From assembly GCA_051294375.1 (NCBI GenBank), contig CM119266.1:23056350-23120349 (forward strand): a DNA stretch of 64,000 nt, read 5' to 3'. A program made the translations under genes and the position numbers. The notes beneath the pieces are model-generated. The model had not been told where the DNA came from and did no database searches. It saw nothing but the letters and a program-made list of their open reading frames with translations. Shown here piece after piece: positions 51,919-64,000 of this stretch. How positions within the stretch are numbered: the first letter of the stretch is position 1; the number at the start of each line of letters is the position of its first letter. The stretch comes from Paraspadella gotoi (Eukaryota; Animalia; Chaetognatha).

Positions 51919-54039
51919 GTAAGGAGCAGATGATGAGAGAGAGGAGAGAGCAGAGAAGAGAGAGATACATTGGAGAACGATAAAACGATGCGTTTCAACT
52001 TTAGCTGTTTGGAGAAAAAGGATGTGCCCGGCGATGTAGCGCGGATAGAAGAGAGAGAGAGATTTATAATTACATGTTGTCTCTCTGCCCATCGCCAATA
52101 CTGTTCACTTTAGCGGGATTATAAATACATAACTGAATTAAACCATCTCGAGTCCTCCTAATATTTTGGTTTACCCATTTTTTAATCTATTTCAATGGAT
52201 TTCCGGACAATTTTAATCGCTAACCGATTCCGTTCACGTCAAAACGTTACAAGGGTTAGAAGCCAACATTGAAATCCCGAGTCCTCTCTGTTTTTCGTCT
52301 GCTTAAATCTCCGACTCGAGCTCGGCTTCTGATTGGTCGAATTCTGAGAATCCTGGATTTCGATTCGCGGCTTTAAGTTTACTCCTCGGACGTGAGGAGA
52401 ATACTCTTAAACCTCGAATTTTTTCCTACAATTAGACATAAGTCATTTATTTCTTCATAGTTTGTAGATATCTCGTATTTAAAGTAGCTCATAATGCCGA
52501 AAGCTAAAGAAACTCCAAAATTACATGTTAATCCAGTTATTCTATCGTCCAAATCTTTACCAAGATCTGATTTACCGTTACTTTTTGGAAACCCTTGACA
52601 AGGGTTGTGACAAGGGCCTTTGTGACAAGGGCCTTGTCACAAACAATTGAGTCGTTGATTTGATTTAATTAATTTTATAATAACTACTTAAAAAGTCAAT
52701 AACAAAGTCAAAAATGAAGATATACTTGAAGGAGATACGAGGAAATCCGAAATTTAAAAAAAACGGTAAACCGTAAAGAAGATTCCGAAATCTTTTTTAG
52801 TTGATTTCAAAAAAATTTACTGTTTTATGCGTGTTGCCATTTGGATGTCGATTAAAAAGAGGAAAAAACGTGGTTTTAGTTCTTGGCTTGAAATTCGAAT
52901 GAGGGGTTTTAGTTCTTGGCTTAATTCGGAACTGACGAGGACGAAGAGAAACTTAACAACAGTAAGGAGGGAGCAAGTCCAGCCGCACGACGACGCGGAC
53001 TGAGGCTTCACTGTAGTTCAGTTGAAATATCTGTTTATTACATCGTGACTGACGGTTATCTTAATGGCATGGACCGAAAGGCTTCGAGGGTGTTGTTTAG
53101 GAAGCAGTCGGACTGGGGTAGTTTGGTTGAGTCTGAAGGGCGAGTTGCATGAATCTATTCCCGGCAGACGGCACGTTCGATGACCTACCTCCGTTTGTGG
53201 ATTAATTTCCCTTTCTAGAGGGCGGGGGCTGTTGGAAACGTAGCGGACTTGACGGAACGAGAGGTCCTGGAAAGAAGAGTCGAGGTGGAGATTGCGACGA
53301 TTCGGCGGCGTTGATCGGCCCAGGTTTGCCGATCTTTAGTCGGGTCTCCACCATCAAACCATAACAAAACGTATCTACAAAAATAATTTTCAGACAATAA
53401 TAAATGGACAATATTTTACCTTTAAGGAGAAGATCACAACGATGTTATATAAAATGTCAATCTGATAAACAAATACTTTCGACGTCGCAACTTAAAAAAG
53501 AGCGAAATGAAAACTGAGCGAGAAAACCTCTAACAAAAACCAGTAAGTAACCGCGCGAAAAAAAATCGACTTCGACGACGACACGGGGTGACTGAGGTTG
53601 GGGTTTCGGTGCAAAATGTCTTTCTTTTTGTGACTCGAGGTATCTTGATGACTCCTTCCCGGACGGGTCTCAACTTGACAAGTCGCCCAAACAGAAACTT
53701 CAGTATGTCTTTTTTTTTTCAACAGTTCAGTAATATCGTTGTTACTCCAATATGATTATCAATGATTCAATCAGTTTAATATATTTTATAAACTTTTATT
53801 AATATTTAGCCATAAATATGAATTTTTTGAGGACGATTTATCTAAAAAAAGTTCAGCACTTCCGTTTATCTCTCAAAAGCGGATTTTAAAAAAATAAAAA
53901 CACATAACCAGCCAGTCCTTAATACATCTTAAAATATGTACTATTAATAAATATTTTGCGGCTATTTAATTTGTATCTCGATCCTTTCTTTTTGTTGTGT
54001 GTTTTAGTGAGTGTAACGCAAAAACTTCGGTTTTATGTG

Positions 54040-54294
54040 AACAACATTTACTTTAACCAGTTTCTAAGACATGTCTTCGACTCTATGTTCGGAGTCTTTT
54101 CCATCAGCAAGTTTGAGATAATATAAGAGTGCCAATTATCTCAAACAATCCACGTTTCTTGCGACGATGAGAAGACGAGAGAGGTGCAGAGAGAGAGAAA
54201 AGAAGGAGAGAGAAGTTCTTTCCAAACAAAGAATTGGAGGAGGGATAGTGGCCAGATGTCGAGGACAGGTTGAAGGTAAGGGTAGGGAAAAGAG
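54040..54294 (-). mobile_element. Penelope-type pseudo-LTR with degenerate hammerhead
   Basis: Minus strand CTGATGG-AAAA-GACTC...GAGTC-GAAG-ACATGTC; the adjacent sequence resembles 60930-61050. Confidence 0.55.
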
Positions 54295-55844
54295 NNNNNN
54301 NNNNNNNNNNNNNNNNNNNTATGAGAGAACTTACAATCACTAGTAAGCAGATGTCACGAAGTCAGCGACAGCACGACGTCAGATGAGCGCCTCACTATAT
54401 TTCTCTCTGGTGCGCAATCTTATGAAGAGAGTGAGTAAATTTGAAAATTGGAAAAATTTGGTGTAAGAGAGAGAGAGAGAGAGAGATGGAGAGATTTATT
54501 TTGCATAAAGTCATTTATCAGATCTTTTAAAAATTGATCTAATTCTCAATGCAAAGTCAATTTATATCATCTTTTTGCCGTTTTACGATTCTCCAGCAAT
54601 AACAATTCATTACCTGTTTCTATATTTTTTAAAAGCTCAGTGTTGAGCCCTGGTAGTTCTGCCCAGCAGAAGTATCTAAATAATTTTACTAACATTGTTA
54701 TCAGAAACTTGTTAGCGATTCGACTGCTTTAATTCCTCATGATAAAAAAATAAATTATGGTAGTTGTTAATGAGAAAGATCCTAAGCCTTCTACACTTGT
54801 TAGCCCAATAACAGAGAGAAGAAGTGAAACAAGTATTTTTGTTTCATTTTAAGAAGTTTTTTATCACGTCTTGTTTCTTAAGACAATTTTTTTATTTTAG
54901 ACAAAATAACATTTTCTGTCTTCATCGTTTTAAACATAATTTATTTATTTATTTAGGGGCGCCAAATTTCTCCCATTTTGCTCATTTTGCGGTTTTTTGA
55001 TAGAATTTAAAAAATTTATAATATCATATTTTATGTTTTAAATCATAAAATCTGTCAATATTACTTTAATTTTAGCAATAATATATAAAAAATATTAATT
55101 AAAACTGACATCTTTAATTTCATATATTGTTAATTTTTTTGCATTTTTTGACTTTCGGTCCTATTATAAACTGGCTAGGACGGGAAAACTGGGCGATGGA
55201 ATTTTAGTTTTTATTCCCCAAGTGATAAGTTATATATCTAAGTCAAAAAATCAAGGGCTCGAAGTTAGATTTTTCATGTTTGTATTTATACTCCGCGCCT
55301 AATAGTCATTCACTGATGCGATGTTGTCATTCATTGATGCGATGATAGTCAAAAAACAAACAAATGCGTGTATGAGTGAAAGAGAGAGGAGGAGAGAGAG
55401 AGAGAGAGAGAGAGAGAGGAAGAAAGAAAGAGAATAAATCCACGAAAATTCGGATGAAAATATGGGATTTTGTATTGAAAAAAAGCGCGGAATAAATGGT
55501 AATAATAAAAAGTTTTTAGAAGGAAAAAAATAATCAGAATTTTTCAAAAAACAACGATCACGCAAGAGATCGGACAGAGAGGGACAGACACACCACAGAG
55601 AGAATAAAGAGAGAGAGAGAGACAGCCGCTGCAGAGAAAAAGAGAGAGAGAAAGAGCGATATTAATAATTATAAAGAGAGAGAGGAGAGAGAAAACTCTA
55701 CAGCCCCTTTACTCGTTAAAGAATGCGCGGCCGGACGTAGCGTGAGCTCTTTCTCTACCAAAGGACCCGGGTTCGCACCTGTTCGCGATATCGTTTTTTA
55801 CATTAGTGAGCCCACATTATATTCTAAAATTTTTTTGTAAAAAA

Positions 55845-55891
<47 letters not shown>

Positions 55892-58800
55892 AGCTGGACA
55901 GACGCTGCAGAGCCGGAACTCGTTTTTAGACAAATCAGAAGAAGCAGTGACGGAGAAAAAGAGGAGAGAGGCGACATATATTTAAAGAAAAGAGAGAGTG
56001 CGACATATAATTAAAACGTTTTGTTTTGTAAATAAAACATAAACAAATACGAATATTGATATGAAACATGAGAATTTTAAAGATCTTGATCTTAGAAGCC
56101 ATATATGAAATTTCAACTCCCTATGATATCACACTTTCAGAAGCCATGATTGCAAAAAAGCGTGACCGAAAGCTAGGACGGGCTTTGCCCGCCCGGCTCG
56201 ATAATAGAGGATATTTTGTTTGTTTTGATAAAATGTAAACAAAACATTTAATAACTGTCCTGACTCAATTTTAAGGACATCGATGATGACAAGCTGAATA
56301 TAAATTATAATTAAATTATTAAAATTAATTAATCTATTAATTAATTAATTAATCTATTAATTATTAATTAATTAATTAATCTAATAATTAATTAATTATC
56401 GTAGGCAGATCCGACATTGTTTGCCCAAACTTGTTATGGTAGAAATCTACTATGAAATTAAATTCAATAGAGGCGGGGGTTCAAAACTTTAGTCTTGAAG
56501 TCTACTTTCAGGTAAAAAAAGATTTTTTTTAAAAAGTTCGATTTTAAAGCTTTTATTGTTGCTATCAAAATTGCAATATTATTATATAATGATAAAACAA
56601 TTTTTCAAGCAATCTTATCTTTTTTTGATGAATTCTGATAGAGCATAAAAAGTTAAATAAAAAATATAACTACAACTTACAAAGACTCTTATGTTTTTTT
56701 GGTGAAAATTAAGAAAAAGTAATAAAATTATCGAAAAAAGAACTATACTTTGTGTAGACAACTTTTTGCAAGCAACCTGAATCTTATCTTAAAATTAAAA
56801 AAATCTTAAAAAAATTTTTAGCTTTTTCTATTTATAAATAAATATTAAAAAAATAATATATGGGGTATGGAGTAATATTAAATTTTTTTGCCTATTCAAT
56901 TTTTTTTTTTTAAATGTTTAAATTTTCGTTTGAGCAGGTGCTTTATTCAAATTTCTTAACCACCTTACTGAATTAGGCTACTCCTATTTATGGGGTATCT
57001 GAATCCGTTCTTTAAAAAAAAATTAATTTACTTCATTTTCATTTACTTCATTTATTTCATTTTCATATACTGCAGCTTCAATTTTTTAAAAATATAAAAT
57101 TTTAAAGTACTAACTGATTGATATTGCTTGTTATACAATTTTGGCTCATGCTAGAAATTATATTTTTTATTTGAGAAATCCATAAACAGTACTCTCTCAA
57201 TACCACCATAAAGAAACACACGAGGTTGATCATTGTAACTGTTGCAGGAGTGCAGGAGTTTATTTTTCAATTATTAGGGCGCGGAGCAAACATGACTCCT
57301 GTTTTTCGGTTGCTTCCCATACTAATGTTTTTCGACATTGCAAAACTAAATACAATCCAAAAGATAGAAAAATCTGCTATAAAAAATAAAACTATTTTAT
57401 AAAACAATCGTGCGTGGGGGAGGATCAATTAAGGGGGTAAGATTGAAGTCCGAGCTCTGTATAAGTTTATCTACAATATCTTCCGAAGATACAACACGTA
57501 TGGTACGTGTCGGGGATGATTTTACCATGACATCTTTAAACCCGTCAATCACCTTTTTTGGTGGCGGCAACTCCAAACAAAACCGCACTTACTGTAGCAG
57601 AGGAGACATTCCCAATAATCCGTCTGATAGTTTAGCTTTTTTTTTTCTCTCTTTGTCTATTTAAGTATTTAACTAACTTGTTATGAGGGACACGGGATAG
57701 TTCGTTTCTCAATTATCATGTCCTAACTTTCGTCTAATCTCAATTACATCTTGTAATATTTGTATTGAGGCGACTTACCACCGGTCTCTCTCTCTCAACC
57801 CTTCCTCTCTCCTCTTTCTCCGAGCCGGTCAATCCACACGGTCACTTTGCCCTAGCTTTGGCAATGACCTTAGATTGACCGGACAAAGTAATAGGGCCGA
57901 GGCGACCGTAAGGTCAAGTTGGTCCGGGCGATGATAAAAGTGGATCAGGAGAGCTGGCCGAGGCGACCGTAATGTCAAGTTGTTCCGGGCGATGATAAAA
58001 GTGAATCAGGAGAGAGCTCATCTCACTTCTTTTCTACTTCTCTTTACCTTTTTCCCAACCTTTATTTTCTCATATTTTCGTCTTCTACAGTATAATTTAT
58101 TATGATATCAATTAAGGCTATGAATTACATGGTTTGATGATACAAGACTTTCATCAAGTGCTACTGAACGTTTGCAAACAACTTGCTTTTTACTCGGTTA
58201 TGATTTTTCCGTGGCAGATATTCACTCTTCGACCGATGCAATTGAACAATCAGGTATATTTTTGGCTGAAAGCTTCAATGAAGTTGTAAAAAAAAACCTT
58301 GACTACACTTTAAAGTTAATTATGTGTAAAACAAATTATTTCTTGGAAGCCAGATGAGTCTTTATTGACGCTGCTTGGAGTGCCGGGTTAGTTATCATAA
58401 GAGCCCGACAGGGTTTTCGATCTCTTTCTGGACTCAATTTAGAGCTAAATTTTATTCCTGTTATGCCTATTAAGGCGGAACAGGTTACAAACACGCAGAA
58501 GTTCGGTATAGATAGTATCTATTAGTTTAGAGATGAAACGAAAAATTCGTTGTAATAGCAATTTTTATTTTTTATTATTGTACATGTTTCGACTCTTAGT
58601 GTTACGAGTCTTCAATGTATATCTATTAGATAATAAGGCGAAGTGAAAATTACGTACGAAAATTCTAAAGGTCAATTATGAACAACATACCATCAGTGAA
58701 CATTAATTTGTAAAAAAAATTAATTTTATGTTTTTTAATTTTCGCAGTAGGCTATATTTATATATAATACTATTCTTATAAAATCGAAAAATTTCAAAAT

Positions 58801-59128
58801 AGGCTTTTCTTAATTTTGATTGCTGATTTGAATTCCTCGTCAAAAGTTGATAAAAGAAAATATAAATTATTTTTAAAAATTCTTTCATTAAGTGGGTAAA
58901 AAATTACAAAAACTATATTTAATATATAAAAAGTTAATTTTCAGCTTAAAATATAGCTTTTTCTAATTTTTGACCCACTTAATGAAGAGTTTTTTAAAAA
59001 AGAGTTATATTTCTTTTTATCAACTTTTTATGACAAATCCAAATTGCAAAAAAATCTTAGAAAAAACTGTTTTGAAATTTTAACATTTATTGGATTAGTA
59101 CTAGTATAAATATGGCCTACTGCGTAAA

Positions 59129-61130
59129 TTGTATTTATTGGCTTCTTTTCGATCTCTGCATGGGGCAGAGTCAGTACTCTTCTGGTATCGGAAAGCAGAC
59201 GATACCATCCTGGCCGTGAAAAGGGATCTGGTTGATACCCTTCTGACCCATTTAAACAACATCGAAACGAGTATCAAGTGGACATGTGAAAAGGAGGAGA
59301 ATGGCAAAATTCCAATGCTCGATGTGCTTATTAGGCGCAAAGAGGGCGGCTCATTGGAATTCTCTGTGTATCGCAAACAAACTCATACTGACCAATACAT
59401 TCCCTTTGATTCGCATGCTCCCTTGTCCCACAAACTCGCCACGGTCAGGTCCCTTACCAGAAGAGCCCTACTACTGATTCCTCGACCCCGAGCTCCAGGC
59501 CGCCGAGCTTGAGCATGTCAAAAGAGCCTTGGGCGCTCAATGGTACCTCTTGTGGGCTTTCGAGAGGCTAGTTCCGGTCTGAACCAGCGTGAGGACAGTG
59601 GCCACCAGGGGCTGTCCAAGTACTGCTGCGCAAGTTCACTCCGCCCAGGGAGAGAACGAGGTCTTTGCTGACTGAAGGACCAACGCGCCTCACAGCGCAA
59701 TGGAATATAGCAGAAGCGCCTCAAGAACTGTGGGTACCTGCCCTCCCTCACACAGGGATCACTGAGCTTTGGTGCAGGTGCTAGCAAAGCAGGGGATCTC
59801 CACTTTCTAGTAGGCCCGTGCTCCTTACGGTGAGCAATTGGTGAAACCGAAAGATAAAATCCCCAGACCGCATATTCAGTAGTCTCTAATTGTAGGTATC
59901 GTGCTGGAGTGCTTATACAACCTTGCCATTAGAGTCTATATCTGTGCTCGAACGGAATCTCTGTAAATGGAAATTCGGTTTAAAACTAATAAAGCCGTAT
60001 CGTGACACAGAAGGGTCACTTTTTATCGGCTATTGCGAGCATTTGGCATCTTCTGGCCATCTGTTAGAGAGTTCCGACTGCTGTGCTGTCCATGACCAAA
60101 TTGGTTCTTCAGGAGTGAGAGAGGCGATTTACATCAAAGCCCTCGAAGCCCTCTTTGAATCGTGTGGAGGACGATTCGACCTCCCTCCAAGCTATGATTC
60201 GCTTCATCAAACTGATGGTGGAACCCACGCCACCTCAGCCGACGTGACTCCCCTGTCCCACTACAACGGGGTCAGGGGGGACTCTCAGCAGGCAATGGTA
60301 CCTGATGCTCACCCAAGCCTGCAGAAACTTGGACGACTCTCTCGATACCGAGCGCGCCCAACGACGGCCTGCAGGAGGAGGGGAGGAATCTGTATCTCCT
60401 GTACAAAACAGCCACAGGCAATCGCCCGCCTCCCGTCAGACGTGAGAGCGGAGGGCATTCGCGTTATCAGGTCAGAGACATCGCAGTGGCACTGGGCATT
60501 TTTTCAGGTTGGGTCATTTACAGATCCCAGCTAACTACTCCCCACACAATTACTCTCGTACAACCATGACAGCCTATGAACCGAAATTCAATTCAGTAAT
60601 ATCCCTCATGTTGCCCGGTGGAGGGGAGGGACCCAGCTCCTTTGAGCTCTTTCTTACTTATTTTTTCCTTACCATCTATTATTCTTAACTATCCCTCATT
60701 AAACTATCCTTTTCCATTTCATTTTCAATATTTCAATATTCACATTTTCAAAAATGCCAAACAGGCTTAATTTAATTTATTTAAATCTTGTATGTATAGT
60801 TTATTAATACTATTATCTTGTTGTTACATGCCTATGTTATACTATATTTTCTTCTTCTCTTATCTTGTCTCTCTCTCCCTTCTCTTCCCGTGTTTCACCA
60901 ATTTCAATTCACTCTCCTTTTCTCCATTCCTTATCTTTCACCTGTCCTCACATCTGACCACTTATCTTTACTAAATTCTTTTGGTTGGAACTCTCCCTCA
61001 TCTCTCTCTCTCTCTTCTCTCTCTCTTCTCAATGTTTGTGAAATAATTATTTGGTGATTCAGATGCTGATGAAGGCTTGAGTGTGAGCCGAAACATTGTC
61101 CAAAGTTATAAAACTTTTTGTTGTCCACGA
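59129..61130 (+). mobile_element. 5'-truncated, frameshifted Penelope-like retroelement (RT C-terminus, GIY-YIG remnant, 3' pseudo-LTR)
   Basis: WYRKADDT...HLNN...IKWTCEKEENGKIPMLDVLI...VYRKQTHTDQYIPFDSHAPLSHK...RSLTRRA; frameshifted ELEHVKRAL; later EHLASSGH...REAIYIKALE...GGRFDLP (GIY-YIG C-terminal half); hammerhead at 61066. Confidence 0.9.
61062..61103 (+). ncRNA. Minimal hammerhead in the 3' pseudo-LTR of the Penelope-like element
   Basis: CTGATGA-A-GGCTT(GAGTGT)GAGCC-GAAA-CATTGTC; helix I is weak; lies downstream of the RT/GIY-YIG remnant. Confidence 0.7.
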
Positions 61131-61569
61131 AAATTTCGTTTTATTAAGTTAAATTTTAAATCTTTACTATTATTATAAGTTTACAAAAGTGTGGCGGATC
61201 ATAGTAAAGTTAAAAATTTAGAAATGGTTCTCATCTTGAATAGCTTTGAATTTTTTTATTAATTTGGATTTAAGTTATTTTTTGTTGAATTTCCACTTCA
61301 TTATTATTTTACTGCAATATCAAAATTGGATTATAGGACTCAATAAATATCCAAATTAGTAATAGAAATGCTTTCAATCTTAATTTACATATTGCAGTAC
61401 TATATATAGAAGATGAATTCAAAATTTTTTTAAAAATTTTTAATAAAATGGGGGAACTCAAAGGATTTTTTTTATGAGAAGCTATATCTTAATTTAATAC
61501 AATAAAAAAAAAATCTTTTACAGCTGCGATTAGGAAAATTGGAAAAATTTCCAATTTGTAAACCATCTG

Positions 61570-63267
61570 GACACCTCCATGGGGGTGAATATGAAACTAT
61601 AGAAACAGGAATGTTATATGGATGTTTCATCTGGTAGGAAAGAGGTAGCAAAAGACAGATGAAAGATTTCATACTCACGAGGTGGTGTTTCATTGTTGAA
61701 CATTAGAGACAAGGTTAAGAGCTCGCGCATTATGTGGGCTCAGTTGTTGCATGCCTGAAGATTCGTTCAAGAGTGTTTAGCTGGGGAATTGATTGGCTCA
61801 AATGTTAATGGGCTTTATGGTTTAGCTTTTTTGAAGGCAAAAAGAGAGGGACTAAACTGCAGTTGTCAAAGATTTTATGCTGAGTCTTATAGAGGTGGTC
61901 TGACCTTAACAACGAAATTTTAAACCAGGAAATTCTCAACGGATAGTTATGAGATTATTCTTTTAATCCTAGTGTGACAGTGAGAAAGGTGATGTAATGT
62001 TGATTCGGGGAGCACTTTTGGGTGTCTTTAACCGTCGGCTGTATAGGACAGTTGGTCAATTTTTTAAATATGCCAATGAGTGAGACTCAGAGGAGTCAAA
62101 GCGAGGAGGAATGTTTGAGTGCAATGTATGGTGAGAGCAAAAAATGGAGGTGTTGTTCTGATGATGATCCATCTTGATTATTTAATAGAACACACAGAGG
62201 GAAGGAATTGTAATTACTTACGCTTTGAGTTTACTCACAATTAAGGTCAATATTCATTAGTTACTAAGACATTATGAGGAGAAATGGGACAGAGCTTTGG
62301 GGTGAGTTTACAGGATCAGGGACAGGAATATGAGTGCGCTTAATGAGATGGAAAATTCTTATTATGTTAGGACTGCATGTGTGGCGACAGATTAATTTAA
62401 TTTTTGGACTAGATACATTGGATCATGCATATTTGATTGTAGAGGTGATGGTGTATGTCAGTGTTGTGGTTTAGCAGACAAGAAGATGGATACTGTTAAT
62501 GAGTGTGAAGTGGTAATTGATTGTGGGAAATTAGTGTGACTTTGTGAGATTGGATGGAAGGAGAGTTGACAAGACACGGAGATGGGACTAGGTTTATGGA
62601 GAGGAGTTAAAGGTTAAACTAAGAATAAGTTAGGTTATATGTTAAGTCTATAGTAATGAAAATAGAGGGGAGAGATTGAGGAGCGCGTTGAAATAGCGTT
62701 GGACAGTTATGGAATATGTTTTTTAAACACTTAAGCAAGGAATTAGAAGAGGAATATTGGGTTGCATTAAATGGGAGGTTAAGAGGTCGAGAAAATGTTT
62801 TATTGGTGGGGGTATTTAGGTAGATAAACGGGGATGGTCAAATAGTGGGGTGGTAACTTGATTAAAAATGTTAGAGTTGGTTATTGGACTTTTATTTAGT
62901 AACGTTTTTTTAATTGATTTAGATGAATAGATAGAGGGGTGATTGTGTTTAGAAGGGAAATATTGGTTGCAATTTAAATGGAGAGGTTAAGAGGTTTTGA
63001 GAAAAACTGTTTAATTGCGTGGGTATTTTAGTTAGATGAACGGGGATGGTCAAATAGAAATTGGGGTAACCTTGATGAAAATTGTTAGAGCTTGGTTATT
63101 GGCTTTATTTAGCTAAAGTTTTAAAATTTATTTAGCTAAAGTTTTAAAATTTGAATATTAGATTTGAATAAGTAAGGTATGTGTATTGTGTATTGTTTTG
63201 TAATTGTTATATATTTGATTAAAAAAAAAATAATAAATAAAAATAAATAAATAAATAAATAAAAAAA
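61570..63267 (+). mobile_element. Decayed 3' part of an L1/Tx1-like LINE with (AAAT)n tail
   Basis: Broken-frame remnants RGGVSLLNIRDKVK and GVCQCCG...ECEVV (C-terminal zinc-knuckle region); purine-rich strand bias; internal tandem duplication ~62752-62940 / ~62958-63130; A-rich tail 63221-63267. Confidence 0.55.
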
Positions 63268-64000
63268 CGCCATTTTAGCTCCTATGTTTTGACTATTTTA
63301 TTGGTCATTGTCTTAGTCATCTCGTTAAAAAAGAAAATATTTTAAAATTAATAGAATCAGTCTTTTTTACACTAATTAAACATAATTAAATATTTAACTA
63401 ATTAAATTGGCCTTTGCCACAAACATGACTTTTAACATAACCTTTAAACTTAACATTATCTTAAAATTAAATTAACTTAACCTTAATTTAAACTTTACCT
63501 TGTGTCCAATGCTTATGTTGGGTAATGTTAAGTATGTTTAATCTTTAGTCTTACATCGATAATGCATTTACGTCATTTTTACGTCTTTTTAAGAAATTCG
63601 GATACATACTATGTCATTTTCATTAAAAAAAAAAACTACGTTTCTTTTACGTCATTTTCGTCATTTATTCGGTCTATAATTCAGTAACTGTCATTGTGTC
63701 ATGCGTTGATGTCGTATATTCATTGTTACGTAATAATGATCAATATATTAACGAGGAATTCCAGCTCTCTCTATATCTTTCCCAATGATCTTTTGTTCCC
63801 TTACTAACGCAAGGATGTTTTCGTTTCTGTGGCGATCAAAGCGCACCTGTAGTTTCCGTTGTGTATTAATAGATATACTTAAGTTACAAGTTTCCGAGGC
63901 AGTGCGTGCGGCGCTCTGATTGGTCATTAGTTGCCGCCGTTTCGATAAGATCTCAGTCTGATTTCTTCGACGTGTAGCTTCATAATTCACTTAGTCTCAC

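Noticed and set aside
52930-53720. Possible minus-strand exons
   Set aside because: No consistent splice/frame model or recognisable motif could be built.

Overview
AT-rich, microsatellite-rich, gapped draft-assembly DNA from an invertebrate animal (spliceosomal genes with short GT-AG introns). Three genes can be assembled by hand between 22.6 and 33.7 kb: a secreted GH18 chitinase with a CBM14 domain (-, 12 coding exons), a small two-repeat beta-thymosin/WH2 protein (-), and a probably GPI-anchored cholinesterase-like carboxylesterase with an acidic insertion (+, 7 exons). 1-22 kb is non-coding with GC-rich patches and a probable gap-overlap duplication. 34-64 kb is mostly transposon debris: Penelope-like elements with minimal hammerhead ribozymes, Helentron/pearl-like elements, foldback MITEs and decayed LINEs. 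The main new observation is two unrelated repeat families that both carry a circularly permuted (type-P5) twister ribozyme fold with covarying pseudoknots and a palindromic 6-nt P1 region. One is a 651-bp non-coding LTR element (44725-45375) with a tRNA-Trp-like PBS, a PPT and a 4-bp TSD; each of its LTRs holds a tRNA-like head plus a twister, i.e. a candidate animal 'twister LTR-retrozyme'. The other is a ~200-nt dispersed, 5'-truncated retroposon. All folds and alignments were done by eye and need computational and biochemical confirmation.
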